A stretch of DNA of 21,515 nucleotides from Paraspadella gotoi (GCA_051294375.1 CM119268.1:1672580-1694094); one strand, 5' to 3'. Numbered from the stretch's first letter, positions 10,657-20,698 are shown. Notes: generated from the sequence alone by a model not told the origin. Program-made: numbers and translations.

Positions 10657-11024
10657 TTTTTAGTTCGACGCGAGTACTCGTGAAGAAACTCTAAAAGTCA
10701 CTTTTCGGTCGGTCTGTCTATTGGTCGGTCTGTACGTCTGTCCATCGGTCAGTCCCATTTTCGTTAAAAATTTTCATAACTCGTTTATAGTTAGTTTCTC
10801 ATTTGTTGAAAAGGGAAAAAAGCTCAAATCTAAGTGACTGCTAGCGCTGCCTTCAGGAAATGCTAAAACTATAAAGAATAAAATACATAATTCTGATGCA
10901 GTGCGAGTCAAACAGTTATTGTAGTCATGTAGTCATGACATGTTATGTAGTCATGTTATCACAGAGAAATATACGTAAAAATAAAGTCACTGTGGCGCAA
11001 CACATCGGATTGACCGATCTTGTT
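10657..11024 (+). mobile_element. Non-autonomous Helentron/DINE-1-like element (HINE), copy 2
   Basis: tttttagttcgacgcgagtactcg..actcta.aagtcact..tcggtcggtctgtc.. and a 3' stem-loop atcgg-attga-ccgat followed by cttgtt. This architecture is typical of DINE-1/HINE elements. Confidence 0.72.
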
Positions 11025-11237
11025 TTCTTATTTCATATCTTTCTCCTAATTCTTTTTGTCTCTGACTCTGTCTCACTCGCTCTTCCCTGTCTCACTCTCT
11101 ATTTCACTCATCCTCTTCGTCTCTGTCTCACTCGCTCTTAACTTTTCCTCCCTCTTCCCTCTTCTGTCTCCCTCTCTATTTCACTTCAAAGTTGAAGGAC
11201 GAAAGTATTTTTAGAGAAAAAAAAACAACCGCGATGA

Positions 11238-11730
11238 AATTCACGTCTTTCAAGCCTTTCACAGCTTTCACAGCTTTCACAGCTTTCACATCTTTCACAT
11301 CTTTTAAGGGTCACACTTTTTGCGTGGCTTTCACATCTTTGAAAGCATTCACATCTTTTAAAACAGTGACTCCTTAAACATCTTTTATGTAAGCATTTTT
11401 CACGGGTTTCGTTTTTCAATGATTTCATGTCTATCATAGTTGTCACAAACTCCTTTCACTGATTTAACGGTTTTCACGTCCATCACAGCTCTGAGTTTTC
11501 TCATGAAAGTTCCTTCAAAGCGAAGGCTATTATCACTTTTTTTACAGCTGCATTCTGTCACAGCTTATACTTCCTTTAATATGATTGTTAAGAATTCGGT
11601 GAACGACTTCTCAGCTCACAACACATTTCTGAATAGCACTCTACACAGCTTTCACAGGACTCACGACTCTCCAACCTTTTCACGGCCTCTTAAAAAGGGA
11701 CGAATTTTGAATTCCGATTTCCACGGACTT
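11238..11730. repeat. Degenerate (tttcacagc)n-derived repeat region
   Basis: Near-perfect 10-bp copies at 11257-11300, with decayed ttcac motifs onward. Confidence 0.7.
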
Positions 11731-11777
11731 TTGAATGGATGGACGGACAAAGACTTAACCAGGAGTGAACTATTATT

Positions 11778-12020
11778 GAACGATGAATGAACGAAAATAA
11801 AACTTTTGCTTGATCGATGAACGAAGGATGAACGATGAACGAAGGATGAACGAAGGATGAACGATGAGCGAAGGATGAACGAAAGATGAACGATGAACGA
11901 AGGATGAACGAAAGATGAACGATGAACGAAGGATGAACGAAGGATGAATGATGGATGAACGAGGGAAGAACGAAGGATGAACAAAGGATGAACGAAAGAT
12001 GAACGAATGATGAACGAAAG
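11778..12020. repeat. Compound 11/7-bp minisatellite (gatgaacgaag / gatgaac)
   Basis: More than 20 recurring gatgaac cores. Confidence 0.92.
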
Positions 12021-12129
12021 AAGGTCCTTGGCCGCCGAGTCGGAGTTGGAGGAAAAGAGGAGGAGGAGGAGGAGGAGGAGGAGGAGGAGGAGGCGGCCGT
12101 AAAAAAATTCCCTTTCACTCGGTCACTGA

Positions 12130-12521
12130 AAAGATGAAAAGGGAAATTCGGAGAGAAACGGAGAAAGGAAAATGGAGAGAAGAAAAAGAAAGAAAAAGGA
12201 AAAGAAAAGGAAATGAAAAGGAAAAAAAGAAAAAGTAAAAGAAAAAAGAAAATGAAAAGAAAAATGAAAAGAAAAGGAAAAAAAAAAAGGAAAAGAAAAG
12301 AAAAAGAAAAAAAAGAAAATGAAAATGAAAAGTAAAAGAAAAGGAAAAGAAAAGGAAAAAAAAGAAAAAAGAAAAGGAAAAGAAAAGAAAAGGAAAAGAA
12401 AAAAAAGGAAAAAGAAAAAGGAAAGAAAAAGAAAAGAAAAAGGAAAAGAAAAAGGGAAAGAAAAGAAAAGGAAAAGAAATGGAAAAGAAAAGGAAAAGAA
12501 AAGGAAAGAATGAAAAAATGA

Positions 12522-12580
<59 letters not shown>
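12130..12580. repeat. Long polypurine low-complexity tract ending in (GAAA)n
   Basis: Direct reading. Confidence 0.92.
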
Positions 12581-12581
<1 letters not shown>

Positions 12582-13766
12582 CAATTCGAAAAAGACTAAA
12601 AATAGAAAAAACTGGGGGACATAAATTTTTATGGAAAAAAAAAGAATATAAGAGCGAAATTCTATTTTTGGTGCAATCGTCGAATTTATTGATTAAATCG
12701 TATGAGCCTTATTTTTTTTTAATCTTTTTCGCTCTTCAAAATTTATTGGCCAAGAAAAAAATAAAAATCCTCATGAAGCTCGAGTTTTCTCCTCTTCCTC
12801 TTTCTTGTTTCTTCTCTCTCACTTACCTTATTATTCCTTTGACTCTTCGTCTTATTTTATTATAAACCTATTTATTTTTAAACAAACCCTGTTCATTATC
12901 TTTCAGACAAATCCGTTTCCCTTTTCTTTCACTACATATTTCTACATAAATCTTAATGATGATCATACCCTTAAACCCCTTAGGCCTAACTTGTATAAAA
13001 CCTTCCTCTTTTTAATTCTATTTAAAATCTTTCACTTTTTTCCTTCCATAAACTCGAACGAATAACCCTTTCTCATTTCCCACGAGTCCTCACCCCTTTT
13101 ATTTTTAATAAATTCACATCTAATTTCCATAAAATCCGCTAGAGGCCTCTCATCCTAATTTTTCGATATTCCGTCGGATTCGATTGACTGGGAATTTCAT
13201 TTATTTTGAAGAGAGAGAGAGAGATTCAATAAATAGTACAAATGTAAAAAAGCTTAGTATAAAGCGTAGAAATTACACATCTAAGCGACATTAATGAATT
13301 ACTTTCTCAGAAAAATATGAGATAATGAAGAAAGTCATTTAACCCCCTCAAAAAAACCGTAGTTTAGTATCAATTTTATTTGTCATTTTTTGTAATAATC
13401 TAGGAATCGAAATTGACAGCGGGAAAGTGAATTCCTTATCCCCCGAGACTTTCACAAGTTAGTGGGGAAAAAAATTGGATCGAAATCAAAATCCAAGATG
13501 ATTTCGAAAAGTTTTCTTTTTTTCTTCTTTCTTCTTTTTTTATTTTTTGTCTTTCTTCTTTCTGTCTGTCTTCTATCTTTATTTCTTTCTTTCTTTCTTT
13601 CTTTTTTTTTTTATTATTCGTCCTCAAATTTTCTCCCCCAAAAAAATGACTTTCGTATCTCGAGGGAAATTGACTGGTGGAGTTGAGAGACCGTTATTAA
13701 AACTCTCTCTCTCTCTCTCATCTCTCTCTCTCATCTCTCTCGTCTCTCTCTCTCTCTCCACACCAG

Positions 13767-13895
13767 GAAGCACCTGACCAAACTGATGCTGGACCTCGAT
13801 CACACCCAGTCCAAGTTGAACTCGGCCCGAAAAGTCGCCAAATCCTCGGAAGTTTCGGCGATGGAATCGTCAATGATGGAGCAGGGCAGTCAGAG
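13767..13895 (+). CDS. BAR-RhoGAP exon (RKHLTKLMLDLDHTQSKLNSARKVAKSSEVSAMESSMMEQGSQ); true end may be 13959
   Basis: (CT)n..caccag| acceptor in phase 2. Resembles RICH1 RKQLARLVLDWDSVRARWNQAHK. The donor is either AG|gtagga (13896) or GAG|gtgagc (13960). Confidence 0.88.
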
Positions 13896-14538
13896 GTAGG
13901 ACGCCTCGAGGAGAGTGCGAGCCATTGACTATGGAGGCATACTGCGATGAAGAGGGGAGGTGAGCATGGCAGGGTTGGAGAAGGCGACGATCGAGCGGGC
14001 GATGGACGGATGGCGTGGAGCCGGTGCGTAGGTGATGAGAGTCTGGAGCGAGTCGGTAGGAGCAGAGTGGTGTAGAAGGTAATGTGAGGCTAGGTGCCGA
14101 GAGGTGGGAGAGGCGAAGGGCGTCAGGGGGGGTGGAGCGGCGTGAGAATTATATGAGTGAGGACGCGGATGAACAAGATCGTGTGGGGAGAGGCGAAAAT
14201 TAACCTCGCGATTCTAAAGCTCTATTTTAGTCTCTCCTACTCTCTTGTATGCTAAGAGTGCCAGTGTGCTAAAAATGCTAAGAATTCACATTTTATACCC
14301 CCAAAACGTATCCAATCCAAGTTAGTTTCTAGTTTTTTTGGTCTTTTTGTTGTATTTTTTTATTGATTTGTTTTTGCAATTTTTTTGTTTTGTTTGGTTT
14401 TTATGACACCAAAGAATTCAATGTCACAAAATAGAAGGAACAATAAAAGACAAGCGACACAAGATTAATCAATTAATTAAACTTATGACGTCATATGTGA
14501 CAATTTATTACATAAGTACATATTTTAGCTTAATAGAT

Positions 14539-14805
14539 ATGTAGTCGGGCATTGCCTAGGTTCACCGCGCCTAAATAAGCATGACACTTTCAGTTGTGAC
14601 CCGGTGCTCATTTGACCACTAGGTACCGGGTTCAATCCCAACCGGTACCTACCCAGCGGGAAGCGTGAGGACGGCCGTAAGCCGCCTTGGGGCATGGCAA
14701 ACCCTCAAGCCTGTTCCAAGCCCAGGGACCTGTTCCATGGCTGCTAGAGGGGGTTAAAAGAAGTTACGAACAGTCATCTTCAGCCCACGCAGCTCCTTAT
14801 CCACA
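14539..14805 (+). mobile_element. tRNA-derived SINE-like repeat, copy 2 (most complete)
   Basis: Pol III B-box gggttcaatccc at 14628-14639. Homologous to 5470-5680 and 18001-18244 in the opposite orientation. Confidence 0.7.
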
Positions 14806-16029
14806 GATATCAAAAAGAACAGCGTTTTTTCACTCCTATTCTTTCGAAAGTTCGGCGAAACAAAGATCAGAAATCTCTTCAAAACAAATCCACCGATTAC
14901 AACAAAAAGAAAAGGAAAACTAATATAAAAACCCCAAATACCGAGGCGGAATTTAACACCAGCAGCGACGCCAAGCGGGATTTTCTTGGATAAGAAAAGG
15001 AAAAACAAAAGGGACGAGGGAAAGATTGGAGATTAGTTTTTCGGCTCTCGTTGGTCAGGATTGGTTTAATCGAGGCGAGAGAAAGGCGGAGCCGGGAGAA
15101 TGACAACTATTCCATAGTTATGATATAGTATGTAAGAGATTTTTCGCTTAAAGGCATAAAGGGTCTTTGAAGGTCAAACTGCATTAATAGGGCTTATAAG
15201 AACTTGTAAAAATAAAACTTGATGTATGTAATATCGGTCAAAGAGTGCAAGAAGAAACTTAATCCTTATACTAATTATTTTTTGACAGGGCTAATTTGAA
15301 CTTTTTTTTGTTTGAAAGTCATTGCAGTAAATGAGAATCGAATAATTCTTCTTCTTTAAAATTTGTGTAAATTTTGTCTTGACTCTAATTTGTTCTTTTC
15401 TCGATGTTCCCTAATTGTTTCTTTTCTCGATTTGTTAATAATTGCACATTCTTACGGACTTAGGCGAACACGATTAGCTCCTTCATATTAATTTCCTATC
15501 TGTCTGACTCATCAATAACCGTTAGACGCCATTGTAGTATTAATTAATTGTGTAATAGTTGAGTTTAGTACATTCGAATAGAATATAGACATCGAAGCAG
15601 TATAATGAGCATTGAAAATTGGAAAGCCATTGAAAAGAGCTTGTGGAAGCTCAAAAAGCTAACAAAATATAAACATCTTAATTAATACTAATTCGACTAT
15701 TTAATATATTTCAGTGAAATCATTCATTACCTTATGGTCCCAGGGCAATCTCCTTCAAAAAATAAAAGTTTGCTCTTTCTTTTATACAAAGACTAAATCT
15801 CAATGGCCAATGAGAAGCAGAGATCTTCTTTAAAATTTACTTGAGAATTCAATTCATTAACTACTATTGGCTGGAATCTCGACAATGAGAGTAAAGATAT
15901 AGAAATTCAATTAAATGTAGAGACTAAAACCAAATTGAGCGTGAATTCAGATATTCACGAATGAGAATTTGTTTGAATCTAAAATCGATTTCTAACACGG
16001 ATTCGTCAACTTTGGTTTGTTTTCTTCCG

Positions 16030-16150
16030 AATTCTATTTTTTTCTTTTCTCGATTTCTTATTTGTTTCTGTTCTTGATTCCTAAATTGTTTCTTTTCTCG
16101 ATTCCTAATTTGTTTCTTTTCTCGATTCCTAATTTGTTTTCTCCGATTCG
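16030..16150. repeat. 24-bp minisatellite (tttgtttcttttctcgattcctaa) x4-5
   Basis: Direct reading; a related pair lies at 15388-15435. Confidence 0.85.
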
Positions 16151-16267
16151 TTTTCGTCTTTTTCTTCTTTTTATTTTCTGTTTTTTTTTTATTTCTGCGA
16201 ATAGAAATTTGCATTTTCTCTCTCTTTAATGCGTTATGCTCTTTCTTTTTCTCTCTTTCATTTTGAA

Positions 16268-16275
16268 GACGACGA

Positions 16276-16324
<49 letters not shown>
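16268..16324. repeat. (GAC)n microsatellite
   Basis: Direct reading. Confidence 0.95.
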
Positions 16325-16506
16325 ATTTTTAAATTTTTTATCATCGAAAAATGAGTAAAAAAAAAAAAGGAAAAGATGAATTGTGGCGAAGTGGGTCATT
16401 GTGGGACGTGGGCTTGCCAGGGGTTGTGGGGGGAGTGGATAGCAGTGTTGCATTACGGGTCGGAATAGAGGAAGTGAGCGAAGGGGTCGGGGTGAAGGCG
16501 TTGAAG

Positions 16507-16562
16507 GCAAATGACGTTGCAAATGACGTTGCAAATGACGTTGCAAATCAATGACGTTGCAA
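16507..16562. repeat. 12-bp tandem repeat (aatgacgttgca) x4
   Basis: Direct reading. Confidence 0.9.
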
Positions 16563-17179
16563 TGCAATGACAACATCAGTACATACACGGAGAACGGCGA
16601 CAAAAATAACACTAAACAGAAGAAAAATGTTTTTCCCACTTAAAGTTAAAAAGCCGGAAGGAGTTGTTACTCACTCTGCTTTCTTTTTCATATAGAGCGA
16701 CAACTCGTTTTGCCTTTGCGTCGTTTTTTTCTTCCTTCTTTTTCTTTCCTTCTGACTTCTGCTTTTTAATCATTTCTAATTTATCCCCCAAAAAAATGTT
16801 GTTTTTTTTCTCTAGTTTTTTTAGTTATTTATTTTGAATTTGATCCTTTTTCCCAGCTTTCTCCTTTATTTTTCACAGTTGTTCTCTTTTTCTCCGATCG
16901 GCGTCGCCCTCGACAAAAGAGCATCGAAATTTTATACGACGACGTGATTCAATAAGTTATTATCATTATTTTATCGCTTAGGACGTGATAGACGACGAGC
17001 CCTCTCCGCCGGGCTTTTATCCAAACCATCTTATCATTCTTATGGGGGGCTTTTTATGTTTTCTTTTTATGTTTTTTTTATGAAGATAATGTTTTCTTTT
17101 TTATTTTATTTAGGATAAAAGCTCTTTTGATTTAGTATCTGATTCGGTCTCATTGTTTTTAGCTTCTTTTTAGAACGTG

Positions 17180-17224
17180 AGAAAAGAAAAAGATAAAAAG
17201 AAAGAAAAAAAGAAAAAAAGAAAA

Positions 17225-17296
<72 letters not shown>

Positions 17297-17297
17297 A
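17180..17297. repeat. (GAAA)n microsatellite
   Basis: Direct reading. Confidence 0.95.
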
Positions 17298-17391
17298 ATA
17301 TACTAGAAACAAACAAGAACACAAACCAACAACCCAAAAAACAAGCAAAGCGAAAAGAATTCTAGAGAAAAAAAATCTAGAAAAAATAAAT

Positions 17392-17416
17392 NNNNNNNNN
17401 NNNNNNNNNNNNNNNN
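17392..17416. other. Assembly gap (25 N)
   Basis: N run. Confidence 0.99.
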
Positions 17417-18000
17417 AAATAAATAAATAAATCAATAATAAAATCACAAATAAATAAAATAATATAAATATAATATAACTCTCAAATATAATATGATATC
17501 AGAAATAAATAACCATTTGGGGTGAAAATGATAAGAAAAAAAATTGGCGGGAAGGAAAGAGTTAAATAAAAGTGAGAAACGTTCATGTCCAAACTCGGGC
17601 GAGGAGTAGAGGAAAAAGCGGAGCGTAAAATAAAAAAACTTTTCACCTTATCTCATTCGTAGATGGCGACCAAGAAGGAAGAGAGAAGTAAGAGGAGACG
17701 ACTAGAAAAGAGCAGATGGAAAGAGAGAGCAAATGAAGAAATGATTTATTTTATATATTTATTAATGATTATTTTTCTAACTTCTGGTTACCCAATTTTC
17801 ATACCATATATATCAATGGGGAAGAGTCGGCGATAATGCAAGATATGACAAGAGACAAGGGACGGAGCGACAGACAAGACATACATCTAGACATACTGAC
17901 AAACCTTAACGATTGATGGAAAGAGAGACGGACAGACGAATGAGATGTTCAAACGAGCTCAAAAAACAGACGGACGGACAGACAATTGAATAAACTACAG

Positions 18001-18244
18001 TTTGGACAATGAGCAAAGTGGGCCGAAGACGACTATCCGTATCTTCTGTGCCCCCTCGGCAGAAAAAGGAACGAGTCCTGGACTTGGAACCGGGCTTGGG
18101 GGTTTTCTAGGCCGGCAAGGTGGTTTACAGTGTAGGTAGCATTGGTGGATCGATCACGGAATCTATCGATCGTGAGCCGACGATGAGCAACCGGGTCGCG
18201 ACTGCTTATTGGCAAGGGTGAACGGATTACAATTCCCAATTACA
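18001..18244 (-). mobile_element. tRNA-derived SINE-like repeat, copy 3 (diverged)
   Basis: Shares ccccctc..aaggaacgagtcctgg and accgggtc.c.actg with copy 1. The minus strand reads cgtcggctcacgatcgatagattccgtgatcgatcc, resembling the tRNA-Arg(ACG) anticodon-to-T-arm region. Confidence 0.65.
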
Positions 18245-18250
18245 AAACGT

Positions 18251-18502
18251 TCTTCCCCTTTCTATTTTCTAGTGGAGAGATCAACTTTCTCCCCTTTCTA
18301 TTTTCCAGTGAAGAGATCAACTTTCTCCCCTTTCTATTTTCCAGTGGAGAGATCAACTTTCTCCCCTTTCTATTTTCCAGTGGAGAGATCAACTTTCTCC
18401 CCTTTCTATTTTCCAGTGGAGAGATCAACTTTCTCCCCTTTCTATTTTCCAGTGGAGAGATCAACTTTCTCCCCTTTCTATTTTCCAGTGGAGAGATCAA
18501 CT
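18251..18502 (+). repeat. 36-bp minisatellite x7 (ttctcccctttctattttccag TGGAGAGATCAACT) spanning an intron/exon boundary
   Basis: Post-AG starts at 18273, 18309, 18345, 18381, 18417, 18453 and 18489; copies are nearly identical. Confidence 0.97.
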
Positions 18503-18592
18503 CGCGACGGAGATGTTGACTTTCGTAGCGAAGGAAGTGGAATTCTCTCAACGCTACGTGGATTTGATCGAGAGTCAAGTAGCTTATCACAG
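18489..18592 (+). CDS. BAR-RhoGAP exon (WRDQLATEMLTFVAKEVEFSQRYVDLIESQVAYHR)
   Basis: Resembles RICH1 CKDQLAADMYNFMAKEGEYGKFFVTLLEAQADYHR. Acceptor ttttccag| and donor AG|gcgagt (GC). Confidence 0.92.
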
Positions 18593-18727
18593 GCGAGTTG
18601 TTTTTTGTTTTGTTTTTTGTTTTTTTAATCACGATTCGATTGATCATTTAATCGATTAGCCCGATCGGGCCTTATTTTCTTATAATGATTAATAATCACC
18701 AATAAAATTATCTATGCCTCCTTCCAG

Positions 18728-18833
18728 GAACGCTCTGGATGCCTTAGAACGGGTGCTTCCCGGTTTGAGAGAGATGCAGTCTCAGTATCAGTTGAAACCG
18801 GTCTTCGGGTATCCTTTGGAGGATCATCTCAAG
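18728..18833 (+). CDS. BAR-RhoGAP exon (RNALDALERVLPGLREMQSQYQLKPVFGYPLEDHLK), BAR end and GAP start
   Basis: Acceptor cttccag| and donor AAG|gtaaac. Resembles RICH1 RKALAVLEKTLP..KPAFGTPLEEHLK. Confidence 0.95.
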
Positions 18834-19047
18834 GTAAACAAGACCCGGTCACCATGGTAACGTCTCTTTGCTCTCTTTCTATCTTTCTTTGCTCGCTTTG
18901 CTTTCTTTGATTTCTTTGCTTTCTTTGCTTTCTTTGCTTTGTTTCCTTCTTTCCTTTCTCATTTTCTCTCACGCTCTCTCCTAATTTAGCTATCAGTGTA
19001 ACGAAAAGGGACAACGACTTCGTTATCGAAAAACGTGTTTGCACTTT

Positions 19048-19086
19048 GCTCTCTCTCTCTCTCTCTCTCTCTCCTCTCTCTCTGTC

Positions 19087-19117
<31 letters not shown>

Positions 19118-19124
19118 CTCTCCC

Positions 19125-19170
<46 letters not shown>

Positions 19171-19194
19171 TCTCTCTCTCCCTCTCTCTCTCTC
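19048..19194. repeat. (CT)n microsatellite
   Basis: Direct reading. Confidence 0.95.
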
Positions 19195-19503
19195 CGTGCT
19201 CTCAGCCTCATTACTTTCCCATTCTCTTCATCCCTGGATATTCCTTTAATGAATCCATTTCCTTTTTTTTTCTTTCTTTCTATCTTTTTTTCTTTTTGTC
19301 GTCTTTTCTCTCTTTCTATCTTTCCTTCTTTCTGTCCTCTTTACTTCTTGACATTTTTTTTTAATAGTACCTTTCTTTCGTCATCTGGTTTAAATTAAGC
19401 TCTCTCTTTTTTTTCTCTCTATCTCCCATTGACTCTGTCTCACTCTCTTTTTTCTCTCTATCTCCCATTGACTCTGTCTCGCTCTCTTTCACCCACCAAC
19501 CAG

Positions 19504-19611
19504 GTGACGGAGAGAGACATTGCCTTAGTGATAGAGGAGTGCGTTTGCACTTTGCTGGACGTCAGCATCGATGAAGAAGGATTGTTCAAGATTCAAGGCA
19601 GCGCGGCCAAG
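19504..19611 (+). CDS. BAR-RhoGAP exon, RhoGAP box 1 (VTERDIALVIEECVCTLLDVSIDEEGLFKIQGSAAK)
   Basis: Acceptor accag| and donor AAG|gtgagg; 108 nt, phase 0. Resembles RICH1 REIALPIEACVMLLLETGMKEEGLFRIGAGASK. Confidence 0.96.
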
Positions 19612-20043
19612 GTGAGGTTGGGTAAGGAAGCTCCCCGTCGCGTCGGAAGAGTGAGGAAAGGAAAAAACCTCGCGTCTCTTGTAATTAATCGCTTCGTCGC
19701 TTTTTTTATTCTAAAAATAAACCGAAAACAAAACTCGGTTGTGCGTGAAGAGGAAAACGTCTGGTTGACTTAAAATCGCCTTTAGTTTTGCGATAGTATT
19801 GAAATTGGTGCAACCAGTAGAAAAATAAATCATTCATTCAGGTAATAAGATACTTTTCCTATCGGTTTGGAATAATTGGATTATTTAATGCGATATAATA
19901 TAGTACGATCTAGTACTTAAGGGAATGGTCTTTTCATACAATTGAAACATTCATCGATAGTACTCTGGCATTGAATTAACTAGACTGTGAGAAAGTCTTG
20001 ATTGAAAGCTTGCAGAGACCTGCTATGTTATTATCTTGTAAAA

Positions 20044-20140
20044 GTGATGGAGGCCTTAAACCTGTCCAAAGTCAGGGGCTAGAAAGCTAAGTTGTTAAAC
20101 GAATGGATAATTTTTAAATTGGTTGTACCAATTTCATAAC
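20044..20140 (+). repeat. Dispersed repeat fragment, homologous to 3124-3230
   Basis: Same shared motifs as 3124-3230. Confidence 0.8.
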
Positions 20141-20184
20141 AATATAAAAATCCCAACGTTAAAAAATTATCATTTATCGTCCTT

Positions 20185-20219
<35 letters not shown>

Positions 20220-20277
20220 TCGACTCTGGCCATCTCAATTTTCTCCTTTTGACAAGAACGTCTTTCTCAATTTTAAG

Positions 20278-20356
20278 GTGAAAAAACTTCGGGCGGCCTT
20301 TGACGTTGGCGCGGTGAACTGGAGCGAATACATCAAAGACATTCACTGCATCACGG
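20278..20356 (+). CDS. BAR-RhoGAP exon (VKKLRAAFDVGAVNWSEYIKDIHCITG)
   Basis: Acceptor ttttaag| and donor G|gtgaga. Resembles RICH1 LKKLKAALD..DPHAVAG. Confidence 0.93.
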
Positions 20357-20698
20357 GTGAGAAAGAGTTAGACTCACGTCTTTTTTAAGAGGGGGGGGGA
20401 ATAATGATTAATAATTCATTTCCTAGTGGCAGTAGCCAATAGTAATTAAACCTGAGGTACATCGCCTCTGAGAAAGTTACGAAATTGTTTTGAAAAGGAA
20501 AGTTAATGTCAGGTCTTGTATTTTCTTACGTTTTCGGGACAGAATACCGAATTTGAAAAACAAAAAAATTACGGCATCAGGTTTGTCTGAGAATCGCGGC
20601 GATTTAAGCTCACTTCCGGTTCCGGTTCCGCTTCTCTTTCTCTCCCCTGATGCCATTTAGATGCTAGTAACCTGTCTCTCTCTCTCTCTCTCTCTCTC

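Larger units (their letters stand above)
6255..20356 (+). other. ARHGAP17/ARHGAP44: Partial gene span: BAR-domain + RhoGAP protein, ARHGAP17/ARHGAP44/SH3BP1 (RhoGAP92B) family
   Basis: Spliced exons give ..DPEKRLKRIPEIQLSQCM..SLLGNVLDQCGEAQ..DIPCISKNRKHLTKLMLDLD..DQLATEMLTFVAKE..YHRNALDALE..KPVFGYPLEDHLKVTERDIALVIEECV..EEGLFK..VKKLRAAFD..DIHCITG. This is colinear with the remembered human RICH1 BAR and GAP sequence. Confidence 0.93.

Noticed and set aside
10062-12865. Long ORFs (210, 153, 142 aa and others)
   Set aside because: Derived from simple and tandem repeats inside a 6.1-kb intron.
17663-17687. 25-nt AG..GT mini-exon that is phase-compatible with the missing BAR segment
   Set aside because: Encodes WRPRRKRE, which is too short and unlike the expected acidic helix.
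18251-18502. 36-bp repeats as a CRISPR array
   Set aside because: Head-to-tail copies with no unique spacers, eukaryotic context, and no cas genes.
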